Below, piece after piece: positions 28,855 through 37,116 of a DNA stretch of 64,000 nt. The notes below the pieces were generated by a model that was not told where the DNA came from, searched no databases, and saw only the letters and a program-made list of their open reading frames with translations. This DNA is from Marinoscillum sp. GTDB lineage: Bacteria; Bacteroidota; Bacteroidia; Cytophagales; MED-G16. A program made the translations under genes and the position numbers. The stretch is from assembly GCA_042095375.1 (NCBI GenBank), contig JBELBJ010000002.1, forward strand, positions 69,185 through 133,184, given 5' to 3'. How positions within the stretch are numbered: position 1 is the stretch's first letter; each line of letters opens with the position of its first letter.

Positions 28855-29868
28855 ATGAATAAAAAAAAAATATCTATTGGGATAATAGGAATTGGAAGAA
28901 TTGGAAAAATACATCTAAAAAATTTATTTAATCATTTTAAATCTATAAAAATTGGAGCCATTTCAGATACTAATGAAAAACTAGAAAAATTATGTAAAAC
29001 ATATAATATAGGAAAATACTACAAATCATATCAAGATTTAATAAAAGATAAATCTATAGATGCAGTTTTAATTTGTTCTCCAACAAGTTTTCATTCAAAA
29101 CAAATCATATTTGCTGCAAAACATAAAAAAGATATATTTTGTGAAAAACCTGTTGATTTATCTTTAGAAAAAACAATAGAAATATTAAATATTATCAATA
29201 AGACTAAAGTAAAATTTATGATAGGGTTTAATAGAAGATTTGATCCAGATTTCATGAAAGTAAAAAAAATGGTTGATAAGGGAAAAATCGGAAAAGTTCA
29301 AACTATAAAAATCACAAGCAGAGACCCTAATCCTCCCTCAATAAATTATATAAAAAATTCTGGGGGATTATTTGTTGACATGACAATACATGATTTTGAT
29401 ATGGCTTGTAACATAGCAAATTCTGAAGTAAATGAAGTTTTTACTTCTGTAAACACAATAAACAAGAAAATTAAACAGGCTGGAGATATAGATACTGCAA
29501 TAACCACACTAAAATTTGAAAATAATATAATTTGTTCTATTGATAATAGTAGAAAATCAGTATATGGCTATGATCAAAGAATTGAAATTTTTGGATCTAA
29601 AGGAATGTGTGGAATTGCTAAAAAGAATAATACAAATACTTTTCTAATTAATGATAAAAAAATAAAAAAATCATTTCCAAAAGATTTTTTTATTACAAGA
29701 TATAAACATGCTTATATTAATGAAATGAAGGAATTTGTAGATTGTTTAATTAATAATAACAAGCCTTCTGTAGGAATAGAAGATGCTGTTAGCTCAATTC
29801 GGATAGCAATAGCAGCAAAACTTTCTTATAAAAAAAATAAAAAAGTTGAATTAAAAACTCTTTACTAA
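28855..29868 (+). CDS. iolG: inositol 2-dehydrogenase (Gfo/Idh/MocA)
   Basis: 337 aa with IGIIGIGRIGKIH, FCEKP and GFNRRFDPDF (IdhA-like variant). Confidence 0.8.
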   Translation: MNKKKISIGIIGIGRIGKIHLKNLFNHFKSIKIGAISDTNEKLEKLCKTYNIGKYYKSYQDLIKDKSIDAVLICSPTSFHSKQIIFAAKHKKDIFCEKPVDLSLEKTIEILNIINKTKVKFMIGFNRRFDPDFMKVKKMVDKGKIGKVQTIKITSRDPNPPSINYIKNSGGLFVDMTIHDFDMACNIANSEVNEVFTSVNTINKKIKQAGDIDTAITTLKFENNIICSIDNSRKSVYGYDQRIEIFGSKGMCGIAKKNNTNTFLINDKKIKKSFPKDFFITRYKHAYINEMKEFVDCLINNNKPSVGIEDAVSSIRIAIAAKLSYKKNKKVELKTLY

Positions 29869-29870
29869 AA

Positions 29871-31442
29871 ATGTTGACATTTATAACATTTATATTTTTC
29901 ACCCTTTTCGTAGCAATATATACATGGTATAAACTGAAAAAAGAAAATTTATCATCCAAAGAGGGGTATTTTCTGGGAGGCAGAAGTCTAACAGGAGTAG
30001 TAATTGCAGGATCTATGTTACTAACAAATATTTCAACTGAACATCTAATAGGGATGAATGGTTCTTCCTATAAAAATGGTTTTATAATTATTGCTTGGGA
30101 AGTTACTTCTTCTTTGGCATTAATTTTTGCTGCACTATATTTTGTTCCTAAATATTTAAAAATGGGCCTTATTACAATTCCACAATTTTTAGAATCTAGA
30201 TTTGATAATACGACAAGAACCATAGTAGCATTATTTTTAATTGTATCATTTGTAATTACTCTTCTACCTATAGTTTTATATACTGGTGCTATTAATATAG
30301 AAAGTATTTTTAATATTTCAGAAACTTTTAATATTTCTAAATCTCAGGGGTTATGGATAACTGTAATTGCTATAGGAAGTTTGGGTGCTATTTACGCTTT
30401 TTTCGGAGGATTAAAAGCAGTAGCAATTTCTGATACAATTAACGGCTATGGTTTATTAATTGGTGGTACTGCAATCCCTTTAATTGCATTAGTAAGTATT
30501 GGAGATGGAAACGTAATAGAAGGATTAACGAAGGTATATAATAATGACCCTGAAAAATTTAATGTAATCGGAACACGGGATTCTGTAATGCCATTTGAAG
30601 TTTTATTTACTGGTTTAATAATTAATCAAATATATTTTTGGTGTATGAACCAAACAATCATTCAAAGAGCTTTAGGAGCAAAAAGCTTAATAGAAGCCCA
30701 AAAAGGTTTATTGTTTACTGGTATTCTAAAAATTATAATACCATTCATAATTGTTTTACCAGGCGTTATAGGATACTACTACTTTGGAGATTCATTATAT
30801 GAAAATCAAGATATGATTTATCCAGAGCTAATTAAAAAAGTTCTTCCTTTAGGCCTAGTCGGTTTATTTGCAGCAGTAATTATGGGAGCTGTATTAAGTA
30901 CATTCAATAGCGTACTTAATAGTGCAGCTACAATTTTTAGTATAGATTTTTATAAAAAACATATAGATAAAAATGTAAGTGAAAATAAATTGGTAAAAGT
31001 TGGAAAATTAACAACTTTAATTTTAGCAATTTTTGCAATTATTGTTGCTCCAATTATGGCTAATGCACCAGATGGGCTGTATCAATTATTACAGAAATTG
31101 AATGGGATATTTTTTATTCCTATAGCATCAATTATGATAGCAGGATTTTTTACAAAAAGTATTTCTGCCATTGCTGCAAAAATATCTTTATTTGTTGGAT
31201 TACTTTTTTATATAAATGTGACTTTTATTTTTGAATCAGATATTCATTTTGTTCATGTTTGGGGAATTGAATTTATATTAAATATGGTTACTATGTTTAT
31301 TTTTTCTTATATTTTTCCTCACAAAAAAAAGGAAGAAAGAAAAAGTGAAAATCATATAGAATTAATTGAATGGAAGTATGCAAAAGGAATCTCATTTATT
31401 ATAGCATTTATTACTATATCCATTTATATTCTACTTAGCTAA
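29871..31442 (+). CDS. sodium:solute symporter (SGLT-like), probable inositol transporter
   Basis: 523 aa with about 13-14 TM helices. YFLGGRSLTGVVIAGSMLLTNISTEHLIGMNG is SSS/SGLT-type. It is the last gene of the iol operon; the substrate is inferred from context only. Confidence 0.75.
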   Translation: MLTFITFIFFTLFVAIYTWYKLKKENLSSKEGYFLGGRSLTGVVIAGSMLLTNISTEHLIGMNGSSYKNGFIIIAWEVTSSLALIFAALYFVPKYLKMGLITIPQFLESRFDNTTRTIVALFLIVSFVITLLPIVLYTGAINIESIFNISETFNISKSQGLWITVIAIGSLGAIYAFFGGLKAVAISDTINGYGLLIGGTAIPLIALVSIGDGNVIEGLTKVYNNDPEKFNVIGTRDSVMPFEVLFTGLIINQIYFWCMNQTIIQRALGAKSLIEAQKGLLFTGILKIIIPFIIVLPGVIGYYYFGDSLYENQDMIYPELIKKVLPLGLVGLFAAVIMGAVLSTFNSVLNSAATIFSIDFYKKHIDKNVSENKLVKVGKLTTLILAIFAIIVAPIMANAPDGLYQLLQKLNGIFFIPIASIMIAGFFTKSISAIAAKISLFVGLLFYINVTFIFESDIHFVHVWGIEFILNMVTMFIFSYIFPHKKKEERKSENHIELIEWKYAKGISFIIAFITISIYILLS

Positions 31443-31455
31443 TTGTATTATTTAC

Positions 31456-32469
31456 TTAAAAGTACAATTGCTTATTTTCTCTAAATGATTCAGTTGCTTT
31501 TTCAGCAATTAAAGTAGCCTGTATACCATCTTCTATAGTAATCTCTGGTTTTCTTGATTGAACAATACAATTAATGAACTCTTGGATTTCATTTATAAAG
31601 GCTTGTTTGAATCTGTCTTGAAAAGACTGAAAACATTCTTTTGCTATTTCTTTATTGTCAAGAATTTGCACTAAACTTTTTTGTGGTGCAGAAGCAATCT
31701 TAATGGTTGCTTTTGTCCCAATTACTTCTGTTTCGACATTGTATCCATGAGAAGCAGTTCTTCCGGCAAGAAAAAAAGCCATAGAACCATTTTTGAATTG
31801 CATTAGTGATGTCACATTATCACCATCTTTATATTTACTAAATTCAGGATAAGAATAACAACCCCCTACAGAAAATATAGTTTTTGGTTCACTCTTTAAA
31901 AACCACCTAGACAAATCAATATCATGGATTGCCATATCTAAAAACTGACCGCCACTATATTTAGCATATTTTATTGAATTTGAAATTTGAGATTCTGGAT
32001 CAACCGAATATCCTCTAAAAAGTATTGGTTTACCAATAACTCCTTTATCAATATTTTCTTTTATATATATATATGAAGGATCGTATCTTCTCATAAATCC
32101 TAACATAAAAATCAGATTTTTTTTAAGATCTACAAGCTTTTTAATACCTAAACATTCATTAAGGTTTATTCCCAAAGGCTTTTCACAAAAAACATGAAGT
32201 CCTTTGTTTAAAGCAATGGTTGAATGTTTATAATGTTGATTTGAAGAAGAAACTATAATTATTGCATCAAGTTTAGCTTGATCTATCATTTTTTCATAAT
32301 TATCATAGCAATTGATATCATTAATTTTTTTTTTAATTTTATTTAATTCTTCATTATTTAAACTACATGCAGCAACTAATTTGGCTCCCGTAATATTATT
32401 TAAAATATTATTAGCATGAATATAACCTAATCTTCCTAAGCCAACTATACCTAATCTAATCTCTTTCAT
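31456..32469 (-). CDS. second Gfo/Idh/MocA inositol-dehydrogenase-like oxidoreductase
   Basis: 337 aa with LGIVGLGRLGYIH, FCEKP and GFMRRYDPSY (closer to the B. subtilis IolG pattern GFMRRYD). Convergent with the iol operon. Confidence 0.7.
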   Translation of the reverse strand: MKEIRLGIVGLGRLGYIHANNILNNITGAKLVAACSLNNEELNKIKKKINDINCYDNYEKMIDQAKLDAIIIVSSSNQHYKHSTIALNKGLHVFCEKPLGINLNECLGIKKLVDLKKNLIFMLGFMRRYDPSYIYIKENIDKGVIGKPILFRGYSVDPESQISNSIKYAKYSGGQFLDMAIHDIDLSRWFLKSEPKTIFSVGGCYSYPEFSKYKDGDNVTSLMQFKNGSMAFFLAGRTASHGYNVETEVIGTKATIKIASAPQKSLVQILDNKEIAKECFQSFQDRFKQAFINEIQEFINCIVQSRKPEITIEDGIQATLIAEKATESFRENKQLYF

Positions 32470-32579
32470 ACATTTAATATAATAAAAAAATAAATTGAAT
32501 TCGTTTTTTTAAATTATCTTAAGCAACTACATTTAGTATTATAATTTAATTAAATTGAGTTATCTATAATTAGAAATAA

Positions 32580-33911
32580 ATGAATAAGTATTCAAAGCAA
32601 TTTAACCTAGATCACACAATATTTGCTTGGTCAAATCAAAAAGGTCTAGATCCTATACATGTAGAAAAAGCAAAAGGAGTTTATTTATATGATGATAAAG
32701 GAAAAAAATATATAGATTTTTCATCGCAACTTATGAATGTAAATGTTGGACACGGAAGACAAGAAGTTACTGAAGCTGTTAAAAAGCAAATGGAAAAATT
32801 AAGTTATGTAAGTCCTCCATTCACAACCGATTCTAGGGGGATTTTAGGAAAAAAAATAGCAGACATAACTCCAGAAAATTTAAACAAAACATTCTTTACT
32901 TTAGGTGGTGCTGAATCAAACGAAAATGCAATTATACTTGCTAGGTTACATACAAACAAACATAAAATTATTACACACTATAGATCTTATCATGGAGCAA
33001 CAATTGGAGCAGTAAGTGCAGGAGGAGATCCAAGAAAAAATGAAATTGATAATCAACAAGTTCCAAACTGCATTCATGTTGAAAATCCATATTATTATAG
33101 ATGTCCATGGTATTCATCCTCATTTAAAGAATGTGGAGAAAGGGCAATAAAAAATTTAGAAAATTCTATAAATTATGAAGGTTCAAAAAACATTGCTGCA
33201 ATAATGATGGAAGGGGAATCTGGATCATCAGGATGTATAAAATACCCTCCAAACTATCTAAAAAAAGTTTCTAAATTATGTAAAAAATATAATATCCTTT
33301 TAATAATCGATGAGGTCATGAGTGGTTTTTGTAGAACAGGAAAATGGTTTGGATTCAATCATCATGATATAAAACCCGATATTGTAACTATAGCAAAAGG
33401 AATTACATCTGGATATATTCCATTAGGTGGTGTAATTGTATCAAATGAAATTATAGATACTTTTAATAATAAATTTCTTCCTTTAGGACTTACATATTCT
33501 GCCCATTCTGTTGCATGTGCCGCTGCAAACTCAGTTTTAGATATTTGTGATAAAGAAAATTTAAATGAAAATGCTACAAATATTGGTTCATATACAGATC
33601 AATTAATGAAAAAACTTATTAATAAACATCCATCCATTGGTGATTGGAGAAATACTGGGATGTTGGGATGTATAGAATTAGTAAAAAACAGAAAAACAAA
33701 AGAGCCCCTAGCTCCATTTAATGCCAGTGCATCTGAAATGAAACAAATGAATCAAGTTACTTCTAAACTGAGAGAACTTGGGATGTTTACCTACTGCAAA
33801 TGGAATTTTATATTTGTTGCGCCTCCTTTGATTGCTAAAAAAGACGAAATAGATGAAGGAATTGATATTATTTCAAAAGCTTTATCTATTGCAGATGAAT
33901 TTTATCATTGA
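32580..33911 (+). CDS. class-III (omega) aminotransferase
   Basis: 443 aa with GGAESNENA, IDEVMSGFCRTGKWF and TIAKGITSGYIPLG (PLP lysine). Substrate not assignable; beta-alanine, taurine or another omega-amine are all possible. Confidence 0.85.
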   Translation: MNKYSKQFNLDHTIFAWSNQKGLDPIHVEKAKGVYLYDDKGKKYIDFSSQLMNVNVGHGRQEVTEAVKKQMEKLSYVSPPFTTDSRGILGKKIADITPENLNKTFFTLGGAESNENAIILARLHTNKHKIITHYRSYHGATIGAVSAGGDPRKNEIDNQQVPNCIHVENPYYYRCPWYSSSFKECGERAIKNLENSINYEGSKNIAAIMMEGESGSSGCIKYPPNYLKKVSKLCKKYNILLIIDEVMSGFCRTGKWFGFNHHDIKPDIVTIAKGITSGYIPLGGVIVSNEIIDTFNNKFLPLGLTYSAHSVACAAANSVLDICDKENLNENATNIGSYTDQLMKKLINKHPSIGDWRNTGMLGCIELVKNRKTKEPLAPFNASASEMKQMNQVTSKLRELGMFTYCKWNFIFVAPPLIAKKDEIDEGIDIISKALSIADEFYH

Positions 33912-33917
33912 TTCATT

Positions 33918-35429
33918 ATGATAATTAAACTTTTTATTTTAGTTATATATTTTGGAGTTTTATTTTTTATAGGTTGGTGGTCTTCAAAAAAAATCAAAGA
34001 CATTAAGGATTATTATGTTGGCGGAAAAAAACTTGGATATTGGGTAGTAGCATTTTCAACTAGAGCAACTGGCGAATCAGCTTGGTTATTATTAGGATTG
34101 ACTGGATTAGGTGCAATTGTTGGAATTAGTGCTTTTTGGGTTGTTATAGGTGAAGTAATTGGTGTTTCTTTAGCATGGATTTTTATGGCAAAAAAATTCA
34201 AAAGAATTACTGATAAATTTAATTCAATCACAATACCTGATTATTTAGTTAGTAGATTCAATTCAAAAACAAATAATCTCAGAATTCTATCATCTATATT
34301 TTTATCATTTTTTATAATAATCTATGTTAGTGCTCAAATTGATGCTACTGGATCTGCATTTGAAGCATTTTTAAATTGGAACTATTTTGTTGGAGCAATA
34401 GTAGGATATGGAATTGTTCTACTTTATATAATTTTTGGTGGTTTTGTAGCAGTAGCATGGTCTGATTTAATTCAAGGATCATTAATGTTTCTAGCACTTT
34501 TAATTTTACCAATTATTGGATATATATCTTACAGTAATAACATTCCACTTTTTGAAAGTATTAACAAAATAGATCCTGGATTGATTTCGATTTGGGGTCC
34601 TGGTGGTTTTAATTCTATTAATATAGCAACAATCATTGGATATCTATGTATTGGATTGGCTTTCTTAGGATCTCCTCAGATTTTTGTCAGATTTATGTCT
34701 ATAAAAAGTGAAGAAGAAATTGATAAAGGAAAATGGGTTGCTATTTTATTTACTTTAATTACTGATTCTTCAGCTGTGATGATTGGAATATTAGCTCGAT
34801 CTTTATTTACAGATCTCGGTTCAGATGTAGAGAGCATACTAGGTAATAATGGACAAAATTCTTTAATACTTATGGTAGAGTATTTATTGCCACTTACTTT
34901 TGTTGGTATTTATATGGCCGTAGTCTTAGCCGCAATAATGTCAACTGTAGACTCCTTATTAGTATTAGCATCTAGTACAATTGTCAGAGACATTTATCAA
35001 AAAATAATTAATCCAAAAACACATGTTAAAGATTTGATAGGAATTTCAAGATTAACTACTTTCATTATGGCTTCTATAGCATTAGCTGTTGCCATTATTG
35101 TAGCAATATCAACCCCTGAAAGAACTATTTTTTGGTTTGTTCTTGTTGGATTTCATGGAATTGCAGCAAGTTTTTGTCCTACAATAATTCTTTCGCTCTT
35201 TTGGAAAGGTTTTACTGAAAAAGGAGCTATTTCATCTATGATTGTTGGATTTTTAGCTGTACTTTTTTTTAAGTTCGTAATGCCAAAAGTTGAATATATT
35301 GGAATTTATTTCGACAAAATTGCTGAGTTGGCTCCTGCCCTTCTTCTAGGTTTATTAACTGGATATATAGTTTCAAAAATTTATCCAAATAAGGAATTGG
35401 AAGATGAATTTAAAAAAATAAGTAAATAA
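33918..35429 (+). CDS. sodium:solute symporter (PutP-like)
   Basis: 503 aa. YYVGGKKLGYWVVAFSTRATGESAWLLLGLTG resembles PutP-type SSS proteins. Confidence 0.8.
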   Translation: MIIKLFILVIYFGVLFFIGWWSSKKIKDIKDYYVGGKKLGYWVVAFSTRATGESAWLLLGLTGLGAIVGISAFWVVIGEVIGVSLAWIFMAKKFKRITDKFNSITIPDYLVSRFNSKTNNLRILSSIFLSFFIIIYVSAQIDATGSAFEAFLNWNYFVGAIVGYGIVLLYIIFGGFVAVAWSDLIQGSLMFLALLILPIIGYISYSNNIPLFESINKIDPGLISIWGPGGFNSINIATIIGYLCIGLAFLGSPQIFVRFMSIKSEEEIDKGKWVAILFTLITDSSAVMIGILARSLFTDLGSDVESILGNNGQNSLILMVEYLLPLTFVGIYMAVVLAAIMSTVDSLLVLASSTIVRDIYQKIINPKTHVKDLIGISRLTTFIMASIALAVAIIVAISTPERTIFWFVLVGFHGIAASFCPTIILSLFWKGFTEKGAISSMIVGFLAVLFFKFVMPKVEYIGIYFDKIAELAPALLLGLLTGYIVSKIYPNKELEDEFKKISK

Positions 35430-35457
35430 AGATTATATTTAAAACAGTTTAACCCTA

Positions 35458-37116
35458 ATGAAAAAATTTAATAGAAGACAATTTATAGGATCAATTCCAG
35501 CCTTAGCGATGGTATCTTGTTATACTAGTCAGAAACCAGATATCATATTATATAATGCCAATATTATAACTGTTAACCCACTCCAACCAAAAGCTGAAGC
35601 AATAGCTATATCTGGAGACAAAATAGTTGCTATTGGAAATAATGATGAAATACTTAATCTTGCATCAGGTATTACAAAAAAAATTGATATTGATAACAAA
35701 ACTATTACTCCAGGCTTTATTGATGCCCATTCTCACCCAGCATCATCTGGAAGATCTCACCTTAGAAAGGTTGACTGTGATTTAAGATCAATTGAAGAAA
35801 TTAAAAATGCTATATATGAGAGAACAAAAATCACTCCTATAGGAAATTGGATTTCTGGCTTTAAATATGATGATACTAAAACACGAGAAAAAAGATTTAT
35901 AAATAATAAAGATCTAGATGAAGTGTCTCCAGAACACCCTGTAATAATTACTCATCGAGGTGGGCATACTGCTTACGTGAATTCTTTAGCGTTATCACTT
36001 GCGAAAATTGATAAGAATACTTTTAATCCAGAAGGAGGTCAAATCGGTCGAGATAATGAGACTGGTGAGTTAAATGGTAGATTATTAGAAAGCGCTACAT
36101 ATCCTGTGGAGAGACTTGTCCCAAATGAGTTTACAAGAGAAGACTATCAAGAAGGAGCTAAACTTATATCTGAAATGATGTCAAAATCAGGAATAACATC
36201 TGTAACTGATGCTGGAACAGGAGTAAAAACATTACAAAGTTACCAAGATGCGTATGATGATGGTGAATTAAAAACCAGAATTTATTGTATGATAAGGGGG
36301 TATGCTTTTGATGAAATAAATTCATCTGGGAAAAAAACAGGTCATGGAAATAATTGGGTTAGAGTAGGTGCATTAAAGTTAGTTTGTGATGGATCTATTT
36401 CAGAAAGAACAGCTAGATTATCTGAGCCATATATAGATAGGCCGAATGATTATGGTATTATAGTTAATGATGAAGATCAACTATATGAACAAGCTATAAA
36501 TGCACATTTACAAGATTGGCAAATTGGAATTCATGCAAATGGTGATGTTGGCATTGATATTTCCCTTCGTGTATTTGAAAGGTTACAAAAAGAAAAATAC
36601 AGAAAAGATGCAAGATTCAGGCTAGAACACTGTACAATAATTAATAATGATTTAGTTCAAAGAATTAAAGCTTTAAATGCAATTCCTAATCCTTTCTCTA
36701 CATATGTTTATTTTCATGGAGAAAAAATGAAAGAATATGGTAAAAAAAGATTGGAAAACATGTTTGCGGTTAGAAGTTTTCTTGATGCTGGAATAAATGT
36801 AACCCAAACATCAGATTATCCTCCTGGCCCATATGAGCCAATGATGGCTATTCAATCAAGTGTTACTCGTACTGATTATAATGGTGAAGTTTGGGGACCT
36901 AATCAAAAGATTAGTGTTGAAGAAGCAATTAAAGTAGGAACTATTAATGGTGCCTATGCTTCATATGAAGAAGATATAAAAGGTTCACTAGAAATTGGTA
37001 AACTTGCTGATTTAGTTATTTTAGAAAAAGATCCAAGAAAAATAGATCCATTGTCAATTATAGATATACCAATACAAAGAACAATGGTAGGCGGAAACTG
37101 GTCATATGAATCTTAA
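35458..37116 (+). CDS. Tat-signal lipoprotein amidohydrolase (Amidohydro_3 type)
   Basis: 552 aa. NRRQFIG twin-arginine motif plus lipobox AMVSC, GFIDAHSHP metal motif, and C-terminal GSLEIGKLADLVIL. Confidence 0.8.
   Translation: MKKFNRRQFIGSIPALAMVSCYTSQKPDIILYNANIITVNPLQPKAEAIAISGDKIVAIGNNDEILNLASGITKKIDIDNKTITPGFIDAHSHPASSGRSHLRKVDCDLRSIEEIKNAIYERTKITPIGNWISGFKYDDTKTREKRFINNKDLDEVSPEHPVIITHRGGHTAYVNSLALSLAKIDKNTFNPEGGQIGRDNETGELNGRLLESATYPVERLVPNEFTREDYQEGAKLISEMMSKSGITSVTDAGTGVKTLQSYQDAYDDGELKTRIYCMIRGYAFDEINSSGKKTGHGNNWVRVGALKLVCDGSISERTARLSEPYIDRPNDYGIIVNDEDQLYEQAINAHLQDWQIGIHANGDVGIDISLRVFERLQKEKYRKDARFRLEHCTIINNDLVQRIKALNAIPNPFSTYVYFHGEKMKEYGKKRLENMFAVRSFLDAGINVTQTSDYPPGPYEPMMAIQSSVTRTDYNGEVWGPNQKISVEEAIKVGTINGAYASYEEDIKGSLEIGKLADLVILEKDPRKIDPLSIIDIPIQRTMVGGNWSYES

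Noticed and set aside
28344-28870. Long A homopolymers inside coding sequence (A11 at 28344-28354 in iolE; A10 at 28861-28870 at the iolG start). Considered as slippage or frameshift sites, or as evidence of pseudogenes.
   Set aside because: Both frames read through cleanly as Lys runs, flanking protein motifs are intact, and poly-Lys/A-runs are common throughout this AT-rich window.
32470-32579. Direct repeat TAAATTGA(A/G)TT occurring twice in the divergent promoter region between the second inositol dehydrogenase and the transaminase, considered as a regulator binding site.
   Set aside because: The element is a short 11-mer with one mismatch in a ~20% GC region, so chance occurrence is likely. 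There is no palindromic structure and no regulator gene nearby.
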